Below, one piece after another: positions 48,761-62,529 of a stretch of DNA of 64,000 nucleotides. Source of the DNA: Dipteris shenzhenensis (Eukaryota); NCBI GenBank assembly GCA_047967505.1, contig CM106538.1. One strand, given 5' to 3'. The notes beneath the pieces are model-generated. The model made no database searches. It worked only from the letters and a program-made list of their open reading frames with translations, and had not been told where the DNA came from. Every line of letters begins with the position of its first letter. The stretch's first letter is position 1. The position numbers and the translations under genes were made by a program.

Positions 48761-50489
48761 AAGTATGATGTCATTGCTTTTGAGGTTGCTCATGATTTTA
48801 ATACAAATGGAGGCATTGCTGGTTGTATAGGTGGTTTCAGTGATGTTTATTCTATGGTGGATTGTGTTGTGAGTGGTGTAGTTGTTCATTTTGGCTTAGA
48901 TTCTACTATAGGAGGTAATAGTGGTGGAGGTGTTGCTATAGCAATTGGTGATGTGCCTTTATGAGGGGATGGTATTATTTGTGATGATGTCAAGGCTTCT
49001 AAGGTGATGTCATTGCTATTATGGTGGTATTTGTAATGGGAGTGTTGTTTTGCTGATGTTGGTCATTTAGATGTTTGGGTGTTAATGTTCTTAATGTAGA
49101 TATTTTGAAGGATTATGGCTGTAGTGTTTTTGATGCTACTATTCCTTTTGATATCTTGAGAGTACTAAATATGTCAAATCTTCTCTCAGTGATGTTTTCT
49201 AGTGTCTGGTAGAGATGATGTTGAAAAAATTGTTTTTAAGAGGGACTATGGTGCTTTGTATGGTGATGATTATGATTTGGAGATTCTTGAGGAGTTGTCT
49301 TGTGTGCCTCCTTTGGTTGCACAAGTCATTGCTTTGAAGTTTTGCAAGAACATCGATGGTTCTTTTACATGGATCTATCTTCAACAATTGTGTGAAATAA
49401 CAGTTAGTATCTTTTGAGTTATTTGGCTAGTGGATTATACTTTGCGGCATCGACAATTTTGTCCATGACTAGTATCACCAGGATAGCTGATTTTATGTAA
49501 ATATTACTCTAATGGAAATAAATACATTGGTTCCTACAATTTTTAATATACGAGTTGTGTTTTTTTTGGGGGGTAAGCTAATGTGCCGTAATAAAGTGAT
49601 TCTATAAGTGTTTCGAAGGTTTTTGTATTATATTAGTTTTAAATACTTTTTTTATAAAGTAATAGAGCAGTGTGTAATACGTTTTTTACCATTACGGATA
49701 ATTTTTCATCCAATAATGGGGATCAAAACTCCCATGACCATAGTCCTTGATGGTATGAAGGCACACTAACCATGCCCACAAGTTGGAAGATAAACTCCTC
49801 TGCCTAGTCCCCTATAGTCCTCTCCAACCCAAAAATTGGCTTTGTGTGATCAATATCGTACCAAGGATTGTGGATATGGCTCCATCCCTCCTACCTACTA
49901 TTGATGTCCATCCTAAAAAGTGGTTTGTAATAATTATCAAACCTAGGATAATTAATATACCTCCTCCTACATGTCACTGTCAAGATCCTCCACTTGACAT
50001 TGACTGTTGAGGGGAGTTGCTAGGCTCCCCAAGCTTTCATTCATATCATCACAAGAATCCCTTGGTTGTTGCAAATTTGCTGATATGAGTTCACTCTTAT
50101 TATCCCGGTTTTCTCATCATCTTGGCTCTGCCATGTTTGAGTAGAAGAGTTATAAGATTTATGCAACTAAGCACTCTCTTTTTTCTAGCATCTATAATCA
50201 GCTAATGGATCTCCTAGCCTATCCATGCTCGCTATCTAGGTTGCTTTGTTATCTAGTCCATTAGCAGCTTAGTAGCACACATACTTGAAACAAACTATGC
50301 ATGTCTAGTTAGGCTTAAAAGTAGATGGATATTTTGTATGCCCAAGGTCATTCAAAAAATTTCACAATTATAGTCAGTTGTAGGTTTCCAAATCCATCTA
50401 CAAAGTCCAGATTGAACTCAATCCTCAAAAATCGAGGTCATAGATGGATGGTAGGAGAATTGAACTCGGTTCTAGAAATTACACACACA

Positions 50490-52367
50490 CAAACACGTTT
50501 TGTTCAAGATCCCCTTCATCTAGTGAACTTTCACCATCTTTTCTCTCTTGTGAGCACTTAGATCCTACTTTTCTACATGGTATCAAAGCTTGGTTTCTCT
50601 TCTCCCTATTGAAAGACCATAGATTCAACAAGACCTTAGGTTCCAAGATTGTTTGATGCTTCGTTTTGATTGCAACTTGCTTGCATTTGTATGGAAATAC
50701 TTTTTTTTGGGTACAATGAGCTTTCTAGCAAATACTTTGGTGAAGGCCTAAAGACTTTGTCAGGAGTTCTTTTTTTAAAATTCAAGAGATTGAGAAAAGC
50801 AAGCAATAATAGATAGCAATGCCCTAGCATCAAGTAGGTCAAGTCAGAATTGTTGTAGTCGAGCAACATGGAAGGCATTAGAAGCAAGATTTTATTGCTT
50901 AAGTTTGATTAAAGAAAGCTAAGTGGCATTCTTTGTTTCTACTATCCAAGGGGATTTCGTCATGTTGCAGTACTTTGTTGATATGTTACAAATTGAATCT
51001 CTTTTTATCAGCTCTCTGCAACTATACACTGTTGTGGAGGTTATTTGTTGAAGCGTCACTATTTTTTTGGCTAAAGGCATTATCTCTACTATCAATGAAA
51101 TTATCCAAATGTTTCTCTTTTCTTTTTAAGTAGTTGAAGCTCCTTAGTGCTGGAGCTCTTTGCATTCTCTCTCGTTGCGACCCATTGTGGCCCGTTGCAT
51201 AAAAAGGGTGTCACGATTCTTCAAGTGAATGCTTCCTTGTTTTGTAGTAGTTCTATTTGATTTTTTGAGTTTTTCCCCTCTCCTTATGCTCTCTATAGCT
51301 TCAAGTAAAAACTTCAAGACTTGCTTTCAATAAGGAAGCTGCTTCTCCATGTTCATCCATCAACAATTCTCTCAAAAGCAGTCTTGTCTCTACATTGCCA
51401 TTTTCTCTCATGGAGGATCTTCTTTGTCTGGGAAAGCATTAGAGACTCCATCCTCTGTGTTGCTGTGTTCCAAGACCTCCTGGAGCATTTTTTTTGACAA
51501 CTTAGTTTTGTGAAGGCTACATGTGTGCAATATCTTCCTTCTAAGAAGATTTTACCTCATCATGTATTGCTGGTGTTTATAATTTATGCACACTATGTAA
51601 CATTTATCAAACCTTTCTCAAATATTTGGCTAAGGTGGTTGATCTAAAGACACATGGCATTTAAATCCATGGTCTCTTAAAAAGCTTTGCAAATTTTCCC
51701 ATTGATGGTCAAAGTTTGAGTTGACCTACTTTTTCTTCATACTATTTGTATTGATTGGCCACCATTGAAGTCGAAGTTAGTTTTTGTGAGCATTTTATTG
51801 GAAAATTTTTCCTTTTCTCTTAGGCTTGCATGGCTCAAGTGTTGATCATCAGCAAGCATTGTAAAATGGCAAAAAGTGTATTACTGTATCATTTTTTGGG
51901 AGAATCTTTTTTTATCTATGAAGTGTGAAGGGAAAGAGAGAGTTGAAATTCTCTAGCTAGAGGAAGAATATTTTTATAGCAAGAGGGGATAATGAAATCC
52001 CTTATAGGTTTTAAAATTTTATGTATATTTAAAAGCACCTCATGAAAAATTGTACTTGAACTTCTCTAAGTGAAAAGAGAAGAATAATCTTGAACACATA
52101 TTCTTGCCACATGCTATGTAATCTTGTATGCAATGCTTAGAATGCAAGGGAAACATGTTGGCTCTGAGAGGGGATGCTGGAAATACCATTCAAATGTAAG
52201 CAAGAAAGAGTGCATGGGTGAGTGGGTTTGGGCGAACATGTGAGAAGCCAATGAGATGCAAGTTTATGGGTTGGCAATGAGGATCCTTATCTTTGTATAA
52301 AAGCACACATGGGAGAAGTGTGTGATTGTGGAAGGAAATCCAAACTTAGGAGTTGGATAATCGTCTC

Positions 52368-52411
<44 letters not shown>

Positions 52412-52472
52412 GTTTTGTTCAAAAGCCACTATCTTTTCTCTCTTATGAGCACCTAGATCCTACTTTTCTTTA
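50490..52472 (+). mobile_element. Old non-coding LTR element remnant
   Basis: The LTR 3' end CTTTTCTCTCTT.TGAGCAC.TAGATCCTACTTTTCT occurs at ~50538-50577 and ~52433-52472. PBS TGGTATCAAAGC at 50578, PPT GAGAGGGGA before TG at 52175. Confidence 0.65.
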
Positions 52473-55400
52473 ATCGGGACAAGCCATCCACACCACTCAT
52501 CACACATGGTATTGAACCATATTACACCTTACATCAATTGGTAATGCAACCTTTGTAGTAGAGCTTAAGAATCAAAGGCCTTGTTGTAGATAACAACTAA
52601 AGGTATACTAAAAAGATAAAAAGCGCATTTTTATCATACTCATGCTTTCCTCCACCAAAAACTCCCCTTGGCACACTATTTGATAAGAGAAGTTGCTAAG
52701 ATAAGTACACTAATAAACTTAGCTTTGAATTACCAATCTACATTAGTCAGAACATCTAGAACTGAAATTGTATTTACGATACTTTACTTGTAAAAAAACT
52801 TTCCACAAATTCTTAGTGCACTCATGCTTAGAAGTGCTTGTATGTGCATACAACATGCATTTAGCCTAGATCTATCTACCTAGTGTAGTATCTCCCTCCC
52901 CCCCTCTGTGTGTGTGCATGCGCGCACGCGTGCATGCGTGTGTGTGTGTGTGACTTGTAACATGTATGTCATGATAAGGGAAATGATTATTTTGTTAATC
53001 TTTAAACGTTAGAATATTATTACACTACACAACAAATTGATGGTACAAAAATGTTTGTATTTATGATGGAGCCCTTAGATCTTGATGGGATTAAGTGGTA
53101 TTGATCATCTCGCTAAACTATGTAACATTGCGACAATGATTAGTAATAAAGATGTGCACCCTCTTGTCAGAGTGCACAAAATCGTAGTGCATGAGTCGTA
53201 GGCTAAGGGTAGATCTAAATGGGTAGATGGACCTTGAGGGATCTCAAGGGACGTTACTGAAGGGGTATCGACATTCATAGTAAGGGCAAATTTCCTTCTC
53301 TATCACCTTGCGTTCATGTGTAACTTCTCTCTGTCCTTGCATATACGTTAACTAGGAGAGAAATACTATCAAAGGGTTGTCTTCCCCCAACATCAAATCT
53401 TTGCATTCACTTTGCACATTTGCATTCTTGAAAGTTTGGTTCATTATATTTGGTATGAGATCTGTAATGATCCACTCAAGGGATGAATGAGGTTCATAAA
53501 AGGGACAAAAAAAGAGAGATGAACAATGGCAAACCTCCCGAATACAAGGGAGGCAATGGAAGAGATGGCCATAATAGACGCGCAAGTCTACATGGGTAGT
53601 AGTGTGTGGCGGCACCAAAGAAATTCATTGCGTTCCCTTGTTGAAGGTGCATTTCTGACACCTTTGGCAAACACATGGCAAACCATCAGTTGGGTGGACG
53701 AGGTGAACCTAGCTAAACATGGTAGACCAGATGAAAGGGTGAAATCCATGATTTGCATGGAAGCTTTTTTTTCCATTGCCAAAAATATTTCGTTGTGTTT
53801 CTATTTTTGAATGATGAATGGGTGTCCTAATGAGGCGACTCTGCCCCATATGAAAGCATCGTTCAATCGTCACATCCTTGGAGGAAAAGGAAGCCCCCAT
53901 CCTCCCTATTGGAAAGTTGGATTTAAACAAAATTTGAATCTATCCATCAAATACTCCCTATAATGGTATCAAGACTTCCAATTCATTCAAGACCTCCAAT
54001 TTGTTCAACTAAGCAACCTAAAGTCAATGCACTAGTTTACATCAAAAGACGAGGGGAAAGGGCTTATTTTAGCTTATTTTTTGACATAAGTCAATCAAGA
54101 GACAGATAAGTACCATTAACTCTACAACATTTGACTTTTTCTATAAAACAACGTTCAATTTTGAGATCACAACAAGTCAATTTTCTCTTATTAGTAAAAA
54201 GGAAGAATGGGGGATGCATAAATATTAACTTGTCCTACTTCCTCCATTGGCCCAAGGAGAGAGGGGAATAACACCATCACCTCCTCCTTAAGAGGATCCA
54301 TCACTTAGGAGAAACTTATACACACCTTGAACTTGTGCTATTTATGGACCTTGAGGGATATCAAGGGATGTTAATGAAGGGGCATTCTCCCTTCATAGTC
54401 GGGGCAGGCATGCATGTATAACTTCTCTCTCTCTCTCTCTCCTTACATATTCATCACACAAGAAACCAATACTCTCACGAGGACGCTTTTCCTCCATCGA
54501 AGGGCCCAATCAACATCAAATTGATGGAGTCACTACACACATCTGCGTTCTTGAAAGTTTGGCTCGTTTGTAATTTAACTCTGGTTTCATGCAACCTCTC
54601 TTACAAGACACACATAACACAAGCTCTTTGTACTACAAAAAGTCAGAGAGTTTTTCAAAAAAATCCACAAATTCAAGAAGCTTGTATGCATTGTTTAACT
54701 CACTATCTATTTACATGATATCTTCCCTCAAAATCTACACATTGAGTTCACATTACTCCCCACAATCATGGCACTCCCCTAAATGGCATTCCATGTAGAG
54801 TGCCTTGATGTCACCCCACTAAATTGCCCCTATTGTGAGAAGTTACTCTCTAGCGGCTTTGATCCTATGTTTGAGGTTATGTGCTGACTCAAATGCTTTG
54901 CGGTAATCTTTGGGACACAAGCATTGGATGTTTGTCCATAACCCATGGAGAAGCTCCTAAGTTGGATTGCGAAATGTGCTCGCATATTGGAGTTGGTTGT
55001 TTCATGTGGGCCTTTTGTTATTTAAAAAGAAATAGCTCTTCAATTTGTCCACGTATAAAGGAGATGTCTATGTAGAGCCTCTACTAGTTGCAATGGGTAT
55101 CATTGGTGAATTGCTTCACCATTTGGGAGCATGGATGCTACTATTAACTCTCATGGACATGATTAAAAAATAGATCTCAGACTGATCACCCGTGAGATGA
55201 CAACTAAGGGATCAATCTTTCCCTTACCTTAGAAAAGTGATATCTCTAGAGTGACAATGTCTGCTGTAGTGGTCTTGTGCTCCTATGTAGCAAAAGATTA
55301 AGATGACTAATGTATGTTAAGGTCACTCTCAAGCTCTTGAACCCTTGTTCTTGCTCAAGACAAGCTAGAGCAATAGATCCCAAGCTTGATCTCCAAATGG

Positions 55401-57110
55401 TCCCATTGTCACCAAGCTTTTCTATTCATACAATCCCATTCATTTCTTCTTGGACCATCGATCCTTGTATTTGCAAGCCACTCCAAACACTCACCTCTTG
55501 CAATTTGGCTATGTGGGAGTCTACTCCAGCTATTGTCGGACCATTTTACTTAAACAGATTTCTAATGTGTCTAGGCAATTGCATCATGAACTTCATGGAC
55601 CCCAAACGCTTAGTCTCTTCAAATTGCAGCTGTATCATGGACTCCATTGCCAACATGTCTCTTGGTGTAGTGAAACATTTGATGGAATCACTAATGGTGG
55701 TTGAGGTGTCACTATCTCTTTAATGAGGTGACTCCACTATCTACAAAAGCAAGCTGGATGCAGGATCTCCTTATGGGTTGAAGAAGAGAGCTACGGCCAT
55801 GAGAGAATAAAATTGTGTACAAGACACACTAGGGTGCCTTGCTTCCGGTCGAGTACTCCTATTGCTCTTGTTAATAACCTTGGGATATTTGGAGAAATGG
55901 CAAAAACCATTGCTCTGGCTAGTTATTGGTCCTTCAAGTTGCTGCACAAAGTCCTTGTTTTGGGCACCATCAAAATCTGGTCCAGATCTATTTTCTTTTA
56001 AAGATGATGGGGTCCATTTGCCATTCCATTATAGAGGAGTTGTCTAGTTGCGCTTCGGATAGAGAACGATTCAAAGTTAGCATGGAGGGGAGGGATATCT
56101 GCCTGCTTGAGCTAACTACATTAGTATAGGGAGATATCACACCTGCACAAATACATGTGTAATTGAGAATGGAAGTTACTTGTGCTTCTACCAGAGAAAA
56201 TTAGTGTTGGCAAGGGTGTAGGGAAGGATAGCTATCATGACAAGAGAAATCACTAATCCGTGATTAGTAGACATTAAAACATTATTATATATATTGTACG
56301 CCAATGGTTTAATATGTATTTGTATTTATGATGGACACCGACCGATTTGTTATGGCGGTGGATCATTTGAGTAGATAGGACTAGTCGAGCTGGAGCCACT
56401 GGACATGTGATACTTATTTTAATAATAAAGATATGCACACACGTGTCTAGGTCCTAGGGGCAATAGGAAGGGGAGGATTACCAAAAAGCAAGTGAAGAAA
56501 AGTGAGCGAACCAAAAAAAGCGAGCAAAAAAAAACAATCAAAACAAAACAATAATAGATTGACAAATCCTTATTTTAGCAACTATCTAAGTTATTCAAAA
56601 GTCCATGAGAGAGTTAGACCTATGTCATTGCCAAGGCATCATTAGTAAAGATGCATCCCATCTTCACTCACTTTTACTCATTTAATTTTTTGTAATCCTT
56701 CATAATCAAGTTCTCTCTCTCCACCAACATAAGTGAGATCACCAATAAAATCTTCCACACACAAGTCAAAAGGTTCATAGGACTTCTTGAATGGAATAGT
56801 GCACATTACATGCATGTGCAAATGCTTGGTTTTTGAAACTCTATTCACTCTTGGAACAAAACCCATGTTTTTCTGTTTGCAAAAACCCTCCCTAATGAAT
56901 CACTCTTACATCCCACCAATCTAACAAAATCTAAAGAGTAAGTACATCCCTTTAATTAAAATGAATTCAATTTCAAAACAAATCAATCTTTGCTTATAGA
57001 ATTCAATGGTAGAAACCAAAATAGACAACATATTAACATGGCCCCTATTAGGTGAACTTTCCTCTAGATCCGATGTAAGAAATCAGCTAATTGTTTATTA
57101 AGTTCACATT

Positions 57111-57430
57111 TTGATGCATGAATTTTTACTAAATGGTGCAAAAGGTCATAATAATCATCTAAATCATGCCTTGCCATTGGTTTTGATATGTAACATAACC
57201 CCATTTGGATTTGTAAATCAAAAGGTACAGGACGTCAAAATTCTCATCTTTTGGACCAAAACAGGCAACGCGTTCCCTCTTTTGGCCCAAAAGATGAGAA
57301 TTTCGACATCCTGTATCTTTTGATTTACAATTCCAAATGGGGTCATGTTACATATCAAAACGAATGGCAAGGCATGATTTAGATTACTAATATAACCTTT
57401 TGCACCATTTAGTAAAAATTCATGTCTCAA
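57111..57430. repeat. 320-bp loopless palindrome
   Basis: Centre AACG|CGTT at 57270/57271. About 13 mismatches in 154 paired positions by manual count. Confidence 0.95.
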
Positions 57431-57522
57431 ATTGAAATTTTTACTAATTTCTTGCACTAGATTTAGAGCAAGACCTCTCATAATATGTTATGATCATGTT
57501 CGATGTTGAAGTTTTTATTGAA

Positions 57523-57925
57523 TGATGCACTTAAACTATATGCTACTTGTTGGTAGCCAAAGCATTTCTATGCAAGCTCATCTCATGATAATAAACAACA
57601 CTATTACTATTGTAGACTTACAAGCTTATGTTATAATCATCTTCAAAATTATGGTGATACTATAAAACTTTATCAACTATCAGTACATACATATAGTGAG
57701 ATTATGTTTTTCTCACGTGATGCACTTCAACTATATAGTACATGTTGTTGATAGCCAAAGTATTTTCTATTTAGCTCATCTCATAGAATATAGAACACTA
57801 TTACTAATGTGCACTTGCAATATTATGTTATAATTATGTTCAATGTTGAGGAAGCACTATAAATCTTTATTAATGATGAGTAAATACATACAATGAGATA
57901 TATGTGTTGGTAGCCCAACCATTTC
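57523..57925. repeat. ~195-bp diverged tandem repeat (two copies plus a partial third)
   Basis: TGATGCACTT.AACTATAT...TAGCCAAAG...AGCTCATCTCAT..ACACTATTACTA repeats at ~57523 and ~57718. Confidence 0.8.
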
Positions 57926-60876
57926 TGCTTTGCTCGCTTTTTCTCGCTTGCTTATTTGGTCCTACTCACTTGACATTGCTCGCTTGATAGACTGCCTCTA
58001 GGAAGGGAAGGGTGCATTAAGGTGTATTGAATGGTAGATGCATGGGTCATAGGATAAGGGTAGATGTACATGGAAAGATGGAACTTGAGTGATCTCAAGG
58101 GACATTATGAAAGGGTATCACCCTTCCATTGTGAATCTCACATAGCATTCTTCATTTACCTTGCATTCATCCGCCATCTCTCTCCAACCTTGCATGTAGG
58201 TCGAAATAGAAACTAGTACTCTCACGAGGGCGCTCTTCCCTATTGGAGGGCCAATCGACATTCGAATTCTGCATGCATTGCACACATTTCATTCTCGAGA
58301 AGTCTGGTTCTTCAGAGCATCGACAATCCACTACCGAGACGAGAAGAGAAGGAGAAGAAGCAAGCACCTAAGAGGACGCAAGCGTGCGAGACGACAACCA
58401 ACGCAACGTGCACAAAAGGAAGCCGTACGAGAAGGTGACACATAGAGAAGATTGCACGCAGAAGGCATAACGAGAGAGCGCTAAAAAGGGCACGTGCATG
58501 GAGGGCTGGACAGAGGACTGCACGGAAAGATTCGCATGGAGAAGATTGTTGTGGCCGTATGTGGACACTTGATGTCCCCTGTATGCAACTTGAGACCTGT
58601 TGCAAGTTGTGAGAGAAGGTCGTCTTTATAACCCGAGTTTTGGAGGTCCTCGACGGATGCTCCCAAGCAAAATACGAGTTGCGCCTCAGTTTCTTGCAAA
58701 TCTTGTTTTGTGGAGTCCCTGAGGTAAAAGCTTTCTCTGATTTTTTGGGTCCACAGTGTCCTAAGGTGGTGCCTCCAGTGCGAATAGACCCTTACAACCC
58801 TTAAACCGTGAGGAAAAGAGACCCCCCCATTTCCCCAACGGAAAGTGGGATTGGAACAAGATTTAAGGGGATGATCCACCCATCCAAGTACCCCCTATAC
58901 TGGTATGTAGAGCTCTCTTCGAGACTCCTATGCAACCTATAGCTGCCTGCTTGTCCTAGCTAAATTAGTATAGGGGGAGATGACATTTGCATATATATAT
59001 ATATATATTGGTGCCCAGGGTATTTCTGTGCCAATGTATGCACTAAGTGTACAAGAATGAGTGTAGAAGGCAGATCGCTTGTGAAGTTGGGATAGAAAGA
59101 GGCAAACTGCTCGTCCTCTTCCATTCCATGCTGGGCCTACAAGGCAGACTGCTAAATGGGCTTGAATGCTCAGAGAGGTGATGCTGAATAGGGAGCAAGG
59201 AGTCCCCTTTTCAAGGCTGAACCCCGGCTTGGGCACTGCACCAGTCTCCCCTGCTGCCGGCCTGTCTGCTGGCCCGGTACGATGGGTGTCTAGCTGTATC
59301 TGCCTGCTCCAAAATGGCCTTCTTGCAAGGACAGCTACATAGTATACCGGCTTTGCCAAGCCTGTATGGCAGATTTGGTAGCTGTCCTACCATCGCCCAC
59401 GATCTGCCATGACAGCCCCTTGTGGCTTCATCGTCTAGACTACAGCCAGTACCCATGCAGGAGCTCACAGGTCAGGAAAACCTGTGACACATGCACATGC
59501 AACATCTGCATGTGCACACGCAACTTCTGCATGCATGCAATACCTTTAAAAGCCATCAAATTCAATAATAGTGGCTATAACAGCAGTTTACATGTCCTTC
59601 TATAGAGCGCGCCAACATTAAAAACTACCATACCTACAAGCTGGGAGCCATAGAATGATAGTGTACTGCTCAGCATTAAAAGCAAGGACTTTGGTTGGTA
59701 ATCCATTGCTTAACGAGTTTTTTATTTTGAAGCACCAATTACGTACGTTTTGCCATGGGCAAGGTCACTAAGGATATCATTGAAATTTGACTCAAGTTTC
59801 AATATTTAGGAAAAGGATAATAGTTTGCGTGGGGAAATGCCATGAAAGATGCCTAGTCAAGAAGCATAAACAAGTATTTGAGTCTTCCACTATGTTGCAA
59901 TAGCATGCTCACAAGCTACAGCACCCAAGGTCATGCTTGAGAAGCACTGACATGAAAGCCAAAAAAGGAGACGAGACCATCCACATACTCGATTCAACGA
60001 AAAATGCCACATGTAATCCTGCAAAAGAATCAGCTTCCATTGACTCCTTGATTGTGTTTAGTCTGTCGATGGTCTGCAGCACAAATGTTTACTATGCTTA
60101 AGAAGTATAATACATCTAATAAACTGTAGGGAGTATTACAAAACTGATACATGGCACCAGCTCCGTGCCTCTCGAAACTCTGCTGATTTGCCAGCTCTCA
60201 GATCCATATCCCAGATTCTCACTTGAACCAATGCAAGACAAGACAGTACATTACCAGATTTTTGGCCCACAAAACTTTGGCTTAAAAAATTGTGACAGGA
60301 CCTAGCAAAAACACTCACAGATAAGCACATATGTGCACCCTGAATAGCTTCTACATTTTCCACATCTCACCAAAATTACGAGGGGAGATTTCATTGCAGA
60401 ATTGTCTCTGGAACATTGCACATCAGATTGATCATGCAAAGAGGGGCTATTCTACCAGGCAGCAGCCAGCACTATTTCCACTACATACTCTGGTCCTTTT
60501 CAATAGCTCCTCTAAATCTAGGGTGCATGGCCCTTTCAGGCTTCAACACAGTTCTGTCTACGGATCAGAGATACCATATTTAAATTGAATCCCTCTGCTT
60601 TGATGTCGTTTCACCACATCGCTGCATTTCATAAGTTGAAATAGCACAGCCAAAACCAAGCTTTAATGTTCGTAAACAGTCTTGTTCTTCGTAGATACGT
60701 CTCTACTTACCACACCTTCAAAGTTAACCCTCAAGACCCTCCCCCTAAAAAAAGGTATCACGATGCCTTTCTCAAAAAGTGGCATTTTGGTAAGCTGTGT
60801 GTCTACATGTAAGAAACCCAATCCAGCTTCAAGCACAAACATGGTTAACAAGTCATTGCTTCTGCAAAAGACAACA

Positions 60877-61215
60877 TCATTCATAGCTGCAACTATCACT
60901 ATCCTTACTCTTCTCCTGATGGCAAAGCTGTCTAAGCTTTGTGGGCACATACCAAATACGAAGCTTCTCATTTCTGTTGAATACACCTTCAATGTCCCAA
61001 CCATTTTCTCTAGCCATCTCTACCAAGGGATAATAGCAAGCTTGTCGCCATGCACCCACATTTTCTCCACGCTCTTTAAACATTTTTCTCAAATGGTTTG
61101 ATTTCTCCAGGTCCAGGCAATGCAAAGCATAACAATGTACATAATGTCTCATCTTCGGTTTGTTGATATAACTTGCACCTTTCAGCTTGGCATGGCGAAA
61201 CACTTGGTTCGTCAC
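60877..61215 (-). CDS. LFY: LEAFY exon 3 (DNA-binding domain C-terminal part)
   Basis: [52 protein letters not shown] with the intron at the canonical CPTK|VTNQ position. The spliced product is 382 aa from CTG or 373 aa from ATG. Confidence 0.97.
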   Translation of the reverse strand: MTNQVFRHAKLKGASYINKPKMRHYVHCYALHCLDLEKSNHLRKMFKERGENVGAWRQACYYPLVEMARENGWDIEGVFNRNEKLRIWYVPTKLRQLCHQEKSKDSDSCSYE

Positions 61216-61774
61216 CTGCAAGTCATTACAGAAGTGTCAGACACCACTAAACAAACTAGTCTTCCTTAAGATCCACGGATTAGGGATTGAGCTATCAATT
61301 AAAAACTATAAAGTTCTCATATGCTTTCTCAGGAAGCATTCTCAGAAGTCTGCCAAGCCAACGTTCTTTCACATTGAAACAAACTGCTCATATAAAAACT
61401 AACCGATTAAACAAATTAACCAAGAGTGGTAGAGTAGAGTGGGCACCTACTAGAAGAGGAAAGAAACATCATGGAGCAGAAGCCAAAACTAACACGTTAT
61501 CTAACAGAGAATGTGATATTCATTTCAGATCAGATGAGACAATAGGCGACACAAGAAATTTTCCTATACAAAAGATCTCTCCAAAATGATTTTTTAAACG
61601 AATTTTTGCGGCAACAGTTTCCTACATGAAGACCCTGCACGTCATTACTCGAGGAAGGGATGGTAAAGAAAACTTCAAAACAATTGCATCGTTCTCAAAA
61701 CCTAAAGATCTCCAAAACTACTAAACATTTCCGTTGTTATCAAAACTTAAAAATTAACATTACCAGTGATATAC

Positions 61775-62166
61775 CTTCGTAGGACACTTTTCCCCTCTTT
61801 CTTTCGAAATCTGCTGGACTTCATCTAAAAACCTGGCACACTGCTCATAGAGATCAAAGAGGTAATCTAGACCATTCTTTTTCCCCCTGGCAACTTCACC
61901 AGGTTCTGTCACTATAAAAGGATGCTCCCTTGGTTTGTCATCCCCATCCTCCCCGGGTTCTCGAGATAGCCTCCGCTTTTGTTTCTTTTTACCGAGTTTC
62001 CTGCCATCATTATCACTACTCGGCTCTGGGATAGCCAGAAGTCCAGGAGGGCCAAACTGAGCGTGGCTTTGCTCTAAGAGAACAGCTTCCTTGGAGTTCA
62101 AAGGGCCAACAGCAGCAACAGCATCAGGAAACATCATCTCATTATCTCCTCTTTGCTCCCTGGTTC
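61775..62166 (-). CDS. LFY: LEAFY exon 2
   Basis: Acceptor (CT)n-GCAG; ..[38 protein letters not shown]; donor GTATAT at 61774. Confidence 0.97.
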
Positions 62167-62529
62167 CTGCAGAGAGAGAGCAACTTTTCAGCTGATTTCT
62201 CCAATTTCAACTTTATCCAGACTTCATGGAGAGAAACAGGCAACAAACCCATCCCGTTTTAAAAACTAGAGCCTAAGGACTGTCCCTGAACTTGAAAAGC
62301 AGTTTAGCAGCAGATGTACACCTACAATGGCCCCTCTTGGCGCCCAAATGCAGATGACACAAGTCGTGCAAGGCAAATGGAATCAATCCCTAAACCTAAA
62401 ACGCTTGCCTTCCAACAAATGGAAGTTCAAAGGCGGAAGGAGCAAAAGAACGGCCAAAACAATACGCTTTGATGAAAGAGTTAAATACCAAAACGATTAA
62501 ATTGAATGATAGAAAATCGAGTACTGTAC

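Larger units (their letters stand above)
56457..57998. mobile_element. Putative non-autonomous TIR element (1542 bp) inserted in the third repeat copy
   Basis: Termini GGGGCAA / CTGCCTC inside CTAG sites (TA or CTAG duplication). Inverted subterminal AAGCGAGC / GCTCGCTT motifs. Host repeat homology resumes on both sides. Confidence 0.5.
53010..58990. repeat. Cluster of three diverged copies of an unclassified repeat (~53010-54000, ~54340-56150, ~56270-58990, the last one interrupted)
   Basis: Shared blocks: TTTGTATTTATGATGGA (53054, 56320); GGA.CTTGAG.GAT.TCAAGGGA (53228, 54347, 58081); GAGGAAAAG..CCCC..GGAAAGT.GGATT (53881, 58810); TAGTATAGGG (56122, 58965). Confidence 0.7.

Noticed and set aside
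53228-53300. Possible hammerhead ribozyme or Penelope-type repeat in the unclassified family
   Set aside because: No intact CUGANGA...GAAA core with flanking stems was seen.
57111-57481. Two similar ORFs on opposite strands
   Set aside because: An artefact of the palindrome, not paralogous genes.
62396-62529. Read-through of the LFY exon-1 ORF (TVLDFLSF...)
   Set aside because: Intron 1 sequence beyond the GT donor; LFY homology resumes only in exon 2.
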